Below, in pieces: positions 54,846-64,000 of a stretch of DNA of 64,000 nucleotides. The position numbers were made by a program, and so were the translations under genes. Under the pieces are notes generated by a model that was not told the DNA's origin, did not search any database, and saw only the letters and a list, made by a program, of their open reading frames with translations. Within the stretch, counting starts at the first letter, position 1; every line of letters starts with the position of its first letter. The stretch is from Balanoglossus misakiensis (lineage: Eukaryota; Animalia; Hemichordata). The stretch covers positions 4,206,783 through 4,270,782 of the forward strand of contig CM082580.2 of the NCBI GenBank assembly GCA_040954595.2, in the 5' to 3' direction.

Positions 54846-56917
54846 ATGACTAAGAGAGTTGCCGTCATCGGCGCTGGGGTCAGTGGTCTGATAGCCATCA
54901 AATGTTGCCTGGATGAAGGTCTGGAACCGGTGTGTTTTGAGAAAGGCACGGACATCGGTGGACTGTGGAAGTACAGTGATGACGCCAAAGAAGGCCACGG
55001 CAGTGTCTTCCGCTCGACGATCATCAACACCAGCAAAGAGTTCATGAGTTTCAGCACTTTCCCACCGCCCAAGGAATATCCAAATTACATGCATAACATA
55101 TGGCTGATGAAGTACTTCAGGCTTTTTGCGGACAAATTCGGGTTGCTGAAGTACATCAATTTCAAAGTAAACGTCACCAGCGTCAAACAAGCTGCAGAAT
55201 ACGGCAAAACGGGCAAGTGGGATGTGGTGTACACAGACAGAGAGGAGGGGGCGACCAAAACGGAAACCTTCGACGCGGTCTTGGTGTGTAGTGGTCATCA
55301 TGTTGACCCCCACGTGGCAAAGTTCCCAGGCCAGGACGAGTTTCATGGCAGGATCGTCCACACCCATGATTACAAGCATCCTCGTGGTTACGAAGATAAA
55401 CGCGTCTTGGTGATTGGAATTGGGAATTCTGGTGGTGACGCTGCAGTGGAACTTGCCAGAGTTGGCTCACAGGTAAGAAACCATGGTTTGATTCAATCAG
55501 GAGATGTGTAAACTATAGAAAGGGAAATACTCTGACTGAACCCCATGGCTCGATCGTGCAAGCATGGCATGCCAGGAGTAATTACACGAGTGGTGGCGAT
55601 CTATTCTCGCGCCCGTCCTCGCACGAGCGCGAGCAAGAATACACCGCCATCACGAGTGCAAATACTCCCGGTACACCGTGCTTGCACGATCGAGCCATGG
55701 GGTTCTGTTATTATTACCTATGTTAATCGCATTATGATATTGGTTGTTTCGTAAACAGGCCACACCACGATGACGCCATCAAATTTTTTATTGGCTGGTT
55801 ACACAACACCCAATCTGTGATTGGACAAAGTTGTTTACTTATTTACGGGTCATCCGTCGCTCCATATTGTAGTTCTTTCGCTTTGTCCGTGTAACCTTCC
55901 TTTGCGAAATGCTCAAATATGTAATAATCTCATTTATTCTTTCAGGTTTTCCTAAGTACCAGAAGAGGCAGTTGGGTGATGAACAGGGTTGGTCAAAATG
56001 GCATTCCCTTAGACGTGTTTGGTATGAGGCGATTTGCAGAGTTAATACCAGTCTCATGGAAGATTGCCTTTGCAGAATGGGAACTAAACAAGCGCTTCGA
56101 CCATGCCAACTACGGGTTGCTACCAAATCATAGCGTGCTCTCGGCACATCCCACGGTAAATGATGTATTACCGAATGAAATCTTGTCGGGTCGTGTCAAG
56201 ATCAAAGCCAATGTGAAGCGTTTCTTGAAAACCAACGTCGAGTTTGAAGATGGCACGGTCGAAGAAGACATCGACGAAGTGGTCATGGCAACGGGGTACA
56301 CGTTCGGTTTCCCATTCTTGGATGAGTCCGTTGTCAAGGTGACCAGCAACGAGGTGACCATGTACAAGTTCGCATTTCCGCCACACCTGAAACACGGCAC
56401 GCTGGCGGTGATCGGACTTGCACAACCTCTTGGAGCCATAAATCCGATATCGGAAGTTCAATGCCGATGGGCTACCAGGGTGTTCAAGGGCCTTGTCAAA
56501 CTACCTGCAGAGGAAACCATGATGGCCGACATCCGGCAAAAGAAAGAGGCAATGAAGAAGAGATATGTCAAATCACAACGGCATACTCTACAGGTAGACT
56601 ACACCTCGTTCATGGACGAAATTGCCGAAGAAATCGGCGTGAAACCGAACATTCCTCGGTTATTTTTATCTGACCCCAAACTGGCACTGAAGTGTTACTT
56701 TGGTCCACTTACCCCTTATCAGTATCGTTTGATGGGTCCTGGGAAGTGGCCAGGCGCCAAGGAAGCCATTGAAACACTGTGGGACCGGGTTATCTATCCT
56801 ACTAAGTCACGACCACTCGATGTGCCAAATACATGTAAGAAGTCCAGTTTGGGTGGATTTTTGAGAATCCTTATCTGTCTGGCTGTAATAGTAGCAATTG
56901 TCATCAAGTTTTTGTAG
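54846..56917 (+). CDS. FMO: Flavin-containing monooxygenase, FMO5-like (2 coding exons, 532 aa)
   Basis: Exons 54846-55472 and 55946-56917. FAD motif GAGVSG, GGLW, FMO motif FHGRIVHTHDYK, NADPH motif GIGNSG, MATGY and a C-terminal hydrophobic anchor. Probable non-coding exon with donor near 53730 and acceptor at 54808. Confidence 0.96.
55538..55705. mobile_element. Fold-back MITE in the intron of FMO copy 1
   Basis: GAACCCCATGGCTCGATCGTGCAAGCA...TGCTTGCACGATCGAGCCATGGGGTTC. Confidence 0.8.
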
Positions 56918-59063
56918 TTCCATATTATTGGTATCATGACATTTTCGCTCAAACATACGATTTTGTTTTGGCATTTCTCATTTGTATGAGTCGCCTGTGG
57001 TTTGCTAATATCGAAACTTCCAAGTCAAATTTGATATCCTTACACACAGGTATTACATTTTCGTTCTAAAAATGTTCAGTTTACGGTGCTTTATATTTTG
57101 TTTAATTTTTTTCTCTCTATTCCTGTTTCATCACTGAGGGCGCAATTCAGTAAAACAAGACCAAAGAGGAAGTGCACGCCATGTTTAATTTTTAAACACA
57201 TTCTGATCTATTAATTTTTTTTTCGCATCAATTATTTTAAGAGTAGACAAGTCATAATTAAACAAGTTACCTTTTGATTATATTTAAATAATTATACAAT
57301 TTATTTTTTGCTTTGTTTTTTTTTTTTTTTGTATTGGCTGTCTTGAGACGCATCTGGAATTGTGAAAGGAGATACAGTAGATTTCATGGGTCCGGTTCCT
57401 CGTTGTGAATTACAAATTAGTCACATCAGTATTCGTCCAACTGATATTATTTGCAATTTGGGTGTCACAACGGATTCTACATGTAATATATCAGCACACA
57501 TGATGTTTGTAAATAAATATTTGCATCTTGAAAATAAAATGCAAAAGGGCTAAATGTCAATTTTCAAATTGTTTCAAAACTATACTAATAATGAGCCCAA
57601 CTACAGGCTGGATTCGTTATCACTCAAAAACAGCATTAAGAATGAGTCTACTGTATCACAAAGTGGACAATTAGAATTTCGTCAGCAACCAGCATTATAT
57701 AGAACATTCCCGGTGGTTACTGCTCTATGCATTGATCGCCATTAGAAGTCTCCTTCCTTTTTTTGGTAGTCGGTAAAAGGTAACAGGCCTCGTAATTTCA
57801 ACAAGGCACGATCACTGATTACATTCCAGGTCAAAGATCTTGTAAGCGTAGAAGACCTTTTGGCCTAATGTAGCAATTGGCCAAAGTAGATAAATTCGTT
57901 GTTTTGCGTCCGATTAAAATTCTGACGATAGGTAGGTGGGTGAGCAGTTATAATATACGCACACACAATTTAACACAAAACAAATATGCCTTCATTTGAC
58001 AGTGTTCTTATGCTCTATGCATATGGGTGAATGAATTTATATCATCTGACCTCACCACATACTTCATTGACTGTAATATGACTGCATGAAAATAGTACAT
58101 TGCTAGAATATAAAAGTTATGGCTTATTCTTGTCACTAAGCATCGTTGATGCGGGAAATTTCTGCAAGAAAACACTGTTTATGTTTTTCTAGGAAACCTC
58201 TAAAAAACCTACGCGCGCGCAGACGTAAAACAAAGAATTTACTCACCTTGGCCTAAAACGTAACTGAACGACTGAACATACTAGTATGTTCAGTCCGGTA
58301 GGCCAACAGGCACATATCTGTCAAGGACAACTACAGTTTGCTGCTAAACGTTCTAATATCTCAAGGACGAGACGCCAATACGGTGAGTTTGAAAATGAAT
58401 GAGATATAAGTAAGATTTTATACATGCTACTGGTTCCACTGTCTACTTAGGGTAATCACAAATGACCTACATTTTTTAAAATCGTATTTACAGATTCACA
58501 CACAAACGCAACTACAAGCAGGGTGTCGACACACTTGTAGGATAAATATTTAGTGCACAACATGTCCACAAACGTGACACGTTCGGAATATTAAAAATAA
58601 TACTTTAATGGAATTTTGGGTACAAAATCTGCATAACTACTAAAGTCTTGACTGGAAAGTTCGGCTTCCAAGACATGTCTAGCACATGGCACCTGCTTCT
58701 CTAGTAGATTTGGCCATTTTGTGGACGCCACCGTCCGGCCACTCACTGCGGGTGCGGTTCGGCCATGGTGTGTGGGGGCACCTCTTGACCCACTTATCAT
58801 TTAAACGGACAAAGTCTCTCTTATGTTATGTCAAAAGCAATTATAAATACGTACTCTAAACCAATAAATTACTCACATGAATGGCCATTGAGTGTGTGAC
58901 CCACTTCAAGGGCTCTTATTCACCTTTCTGCGATATCAAAAATATCTACACGTTAATACTTGCATGAAAGGTCTCAGTGTACAAAATAACAACTATTTTT
59001 TTTAATATTTAACCACTAAGTACTTAGAATTCAATATCTTTTCACAGGTTGAACATCATAACC

Positions 59064-61035
59064 ATGACTAAGAGAGTTGCCGTCATCGGCGCTGGGGTCA
59101 GTGGCCTGATAGCCATCAAATGTTGCCTGGATGAGGGTCTGGAACCGGTGTGTTTTGAGAAAGGCACGGACATCGGTGGACTGTGGAATTACAGCGATGA
59201 CGCCAAAGAAGGTCACGGTAGTGTCTTCCGCTCGACGATCATCAACACCAGCAAAGAGTTCATGAGTTTCAGCACTTTCCCACCGCCGAAGGAATATCCA
59301 AATTACATGCATAACACATGGCTGATGAAGTACTTCAGGCTTTTTGCGGACAAATTCGGGTTGCTGAAGTACGTCAATTTCAAAGTCAACGTCACCAGCG
59401 TCAAACAAGCTGCAGAATACGACACAACGGGCAAGTGGGACGTGGTGTACACAGACAGAGAGGAAGAGGCGACCAAAACGGAAACCTTCGACGCGGTCTT
59501 GGTGTGTAGTGGTCATCATGTTGACCCCCACGTGGCCAAATTCCCAGGCCAGGACGAGTTTCAAGGCAGGATCGCCCACACCCACGATTACAAGCATCCT
59601 CGTGGTTACGAAGATAAACGCATCATGGTGATTGGAATTGGGAATTCTGGCACCGACGCTGCGGTGGAGCTTGCCAGAGTTGGCTCACAGGTAAGAAAAC
59701 CATGTGTAATGTAGGAAAGCGAACAAAACATGTATAGCTGCTAGTAATGTTTATGTGTGTCACAATTTGGTACATGTGATAATACTTGTTAATGGCCCAA
59801 AACACATGTGTCATTCACATAATGAAAGTCGAAGCTGTCAAAAATTAATATGAAACACGTTGTCTTCTCCATTTTCAGTACATACTAGTCTTGACAATTA
59901 TGTCATAACCCATGACACAGGCATTCATTTGATCATGACAGGCATTCATGGTTGGTGGCTTCCCGACCATCTGTTTCAACAGCCAATCACAAGACACTGT
60001 ACTTCTTGGGGTGTATATCCTTCATATATGTAGTTTACTGAGATTTAACACTCTCGTTTATTCTTTCAGGTTTTCCTAAGTACCAGAAGAGGCAGTTGGG
60101 TAATGAGCAGGGTTGGTGAAAATGGTCTTCCCTTAGACTTGACTCATCTGAGACGATTTGCAGAGTTAATACCTGTCTCATGGAAGGTTGCCTTTGTAGA
60201 GCGGGAACTGAACAAGCGTTTCGACCATGCCAACTACGGGTTGCTACCAAATCATAGCGTGCTCGCGGCACATCCCACGGTAAATGATGTATTACCGAAT
60301 GAGATCTTGTCGGGTCGTGTCAAGGTCAAGGCCAACGTGAAGCGCTTCTTGAAAACCGACATCGAGTTTGAAGATGGCACGGTTGAAGAAGACATCGATG
60401 AAGTGGTCATGGCCACAGGGTACATATTCGGTTTCCCATTCCTGGACGAGTCCGTTGTCAAGGTGACCAACAACGAGGTGACCATGTACAAGTTCGTATT
60501 TCCGCCACACCTGAAACACGGCACGCTGGCGGTGATCGGACTTGCACAAGCGCTTGGGGCCATAAATCCGATATCGGAAGTTCAATGCCGATGGGCTACC
60601 AGGGTGTTCAAGGGCCTCGTCAAACTACCTGCAGAGGAAACCATGATGGCCGACATCCAGCAAAAGAAAGAGGCAATGGCGAAGAGATATGTCAAATCAC
60701 AACGGCATACTCTACAGGCAGATTATATCCCGTTCATGGATGAAATTGCCGAAGAAATCGGCGTGAAACCGAACATCCCTCGGTTATTTTTATCCGACCC
60801 CAAACTAGCGCTGAAGTGTTACTTTGGTCCAATAAACCCTTATCAGTATCGTTTGATGGGTCCTGGAAAGTGGCCAGGCGCCAAGGAAGCCATTGAAACA
60901 CTGTGGGACCGGGTTATCTATCCTACTAAGTCACGACCCGTCAATGTGCCAAATAAGAAGTCCAGTTTGGGTGGGGTTTTGAGAATCCTTATCTGTCTGG
61001 CTGTAATAGTAGCAATTGTCATCAAGTTTTTGTAG
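59064..61035 (+). CDS. FMO: Flavin-containing monooxygenase, FMO5-like, second copy (2 coding exons, 530 aa)
   Basis: Exons 59064-59690 and 60070-61035. Same motifs (FQGRIAHTHDYK, GIGNSG). Probable non-coding exon donor near 58383. Confidence 0.96.
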
Positions 61036-64000
61036 TTCTATATTATTGGTATCATGACATTTACACTCAAACATGCCATTTAGTTTTGGCGTTTCTCATT
61101 TATATGGGTCCACCAGTTTGGTGTAAATCTGGGCAAGTCACCCGTAGTGTTCTATTTGTGTAATGCGCTACATCAAATACATATGTTTACATGTTACATG
61201 CAAAAAATATGTTATGTCCCCTTAATATTATTTCAGAAGATAATTTTCTGCAAAATTGCTTATAACCAAATAACTGAGTAGCTAGAAGACTTTGACTTTG
61301 TCACAGAAGGAATGGTATCCTAACTAAATACATTTCCTAATACATGTACTATGCAAGGTACGTGATGCTGTAAAACTTCCAAACTTCAAATGACTGAGTT
61401 TATGAAAGGGTGGTGTTGTGAAGTGACAAGTCAATAAAGACACAATTCCGATCTTCTTGTGCCATGTTATGTTTAGTTATCTATCGGTATGTCTGGAAGT
61501 GGCAACATGTACCGTTCTTTCGATGTTTTTTTTTTCACAAGGCAGTACTGTATCAACCTATTTTTCAAATGCCTTGGTACTAGTATTTCCTTCCGGAAAA
61601 TCTCCCGCCCATTTGTCCCTACCTTAAATAGGTTTTGAGCACCTAAGTGCGTGATGAAAATCTCATATGGTCGACACATTTTCAAGATGGCCTATTTTTG
61701 CCATGTTTATGGGAGTTCATAAGCTAAAGTGATACTGGGTCATTCTGAAACAGGAAACCAAGGGAAGTCATGAAATACAGTAAACATTATCATTTCTTCT
61801 ATCTCTTCCTACAGTGGATTGTCGACCTTTTACCCAGAATGCAATTATTATAATGTAGTTTGACCCCCTAGCACAAAGTGAAAACCTATTTAAGGCAACC
61901 ACACACTGTCACTCCTTTCACACAAGTTGAAAAAAATATGGCCAATCATTTGTAAGAGTATGAAATCTAGATACTGTTCCCATAACGAGATTCAATAAAA
62001 TTGTTTCCTCCAAAAAATATTGTGAGTGATTCTCATTGTGCTAAGTTTTTATTAGTAGTTACAAATATGAAGTGTGGCGTCTAGTGCGCCGCTGAAAGTC
62101 TGCCTAGGTCTCAGGTTAACAGCAGGGTGATCTGAATTTGAATCTGTCGCTGAGGACGCTCTGCAATCCTTCCTGTACCAAATAGATTGTAACGACCAGC
62201 CATTACCGTTCTGCTTCTGTGACGAAAGTCTTTACAAATAGCCTGGACAGACGCGTTTAACGGTTACATTACAACATTAAAGACTTGAAGATACCATCTT
62301 AGGTAGAAAAAATTTGACCCATTTAATTGTGTAGAAAAATGCTGCAATCGTCATGTTGCTTGAAAAAAGAGACTAGAGTTTACCTTCAGAACAGTTAGAA
62401 CGAGATAATGTATGTACTAAATATCCCTCCATGACACGAGCACACAGACAGAAATCGGTTCGACATTACCTCACGTAATACGATCAAAAGTGTCTTTAAA
62501 AGCGCTTTACACTTCGTCTCAGTGCTCTGTACTGGGCAAGAAACACTAAAGCAATTTCTAAAGAGACGAGATTTCAGGTAGCGTTAAAATACATAATTGA
62601 GTAACCCAGCACCATCATATCACCTGTCACCTGAGAGCAGAGAGACATTCCTTGGTTACTATCCCCCATTTTGATACTAAGTGACGAAACTAGTATGAAA
62701 GACGTCTCTCTTGGGATTGAAACAAAATAAGGCTTTATGGTACATTGTATTCTCAGGGTAACATGCGTTTACATCTTCATAAGATTCAAACACCATAGAT
62801 ACAGAACATGTAGTTACGCAGCCAACATCTGTCGTCCCGAAGAGAGATTATCTCGTCTGCCAAATGACACACAGGCGGAATTCATCAGAAACACCAATAT
62901 TTTTTGTTTTCAAGACCCAGATAGACCCGAGTTGTGTAGGTATTATTTGTCAAGCTTTGTATACCGAGACATTGTTTGTGTCATCCCAATATTTGAATTT
63001 CCAGTTTTCTTTGTCAACATGTTTCGAACATGCTTATTTTAGGTCTCGTGTTCCAGTCCATACTTACATTATTTGACTGGATTTTAGATGTTTATTTTGG
63101 GTGGGCAACTATGAGGCTTTACAGCTGCATGTCAAAAGTGCGTTTTATATTTACAGGTTCACACCAGAGTCGTATACTCTCCCCTATCCCTGTACGGGTG
63201 AATATCAAACATAAAAATATACACGTTTTAACAAAATGGAAAAAGTTAGCTTAAAATATTTGTTCAGTGGCAAATATTCTTAAGGTTTCTTATTTATGTA
63301 CCGACGTCAAGGGGTATGCTTCGTTCTCCTAATTAGCTGATTGTAATTAAATATACGTGATACCAGATATTCAACCACAAATTACGGTGTTCGCGCATTT
63401 ACAGTTGCCGCCCTTATAATGAGCTGTCTTGTGATATGATAGTCTCGGTAATACAACAACAACACGGCTGGATTTGACTGTGATAATGTTTGGGGACTCG
63501 TCAAAGTAACCTTTTACTTTGTCTCGATGTCAACACATCTTCTAGACTGCTGCACAAAAGTTAAAACTGGTGACATTAGGGAAATTGGTGCAACAACTTG
63601 GAGTTTGATATAGAAGGCCATTAGAATCATACACAAGCCATGCAATCGGACATGCGTGCGACGTGTGTGTGGGCGTTTAAAAAAACTAGATAAAGCAGTG
63701 GTATTAGGTGCCCTACTTCCGGGTACAAAACCCAGAAACCGGAGCATCTGCCTCGCGCACATCCGAAATCAAAATTCAAAAATATAACAGCTTGTCTGTT
63801 CCAGTATATACACGCGTGAATATCCTTTGTTCAATCAACACACTGTCACGTTCTAATTTAAAACATTTCTGCCAATTTTCACTTTCTTTCCCTATTGCTA
63901 TGAAAAATCTCCATACTAAAACAAATGCTTACAAATCCCTAGGTACTTAATCCTGAGGCATGCGATATGCAAATTACCGAAAGCAGCTGAATTCTGATTT

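Larger units (their letters stand above)
53108..61110 (+). repeat. Tandem segmental duplication carrying the two FMO genes
   Basis: About 53108-56995 versus about 57800-61110. Upstream blocks such as TTAAAATTCTGACGATAGGTAGGTGGGTGAGCAGTTA, the donor CGGTGAGTTTGAAAATGAAT, the CDS and the proximal 3'UTR are shared. Confidence 0.85.

Noticed and set aside
54810-60585. Antisense and alternate-frame ORFs over the FMO exons
   Set aside because: Shadow ORFs of GC-rich coding sequence.
62070-62160. tRNA/SINE-like A-box (TGGCGTCTAGTG)
   Set aside because: No convincing B-box or cloverleaf.

Overview
Eukaryotic (animal) genomic DNA: AT-rich, with spliceosomal GT-AG introns, many microsatellites and MITEs. 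The gene and repeat content suggests a marine invertebrate, possibly a deuterostome (inference only). In 1-19.5 kb I could not build any gene model and see only repeat remnants. Gene models built by hand: (a) a tandem pair of 3-exon minus-strand paralogs encoding an unrecognised 8-Cys extracellular protein, one with a GPI-type tail (19542-21763) and one soluble (24488-26525); (b) a 6-exon secreted FN3-like + VWD protein (47047-49870, minus strand); (c) two tandem, near-identical FMO5-like flavin monooxygenases (54846-56917 and 59064-61035). Mobile elements: (i) a full-length Tx1/L1-clade LINE (38657-44835) with a single nonsense codon, flanked on both sides by (GAT)n, where the tract at its 5' end is also the arm of a fold-back element; (ii) a 2.6-kb non-autonomous element (28578-31167) with Ngaro/PAT-type split direct repeats (A1...B1-A2...B2), no TSD and an internal 13-6-13 loxP-like junction, inserted cleanly into a copy of a local repeat; (iii) Kolobok-like and Harbinger-like MITEs and several fold-back palindromes.
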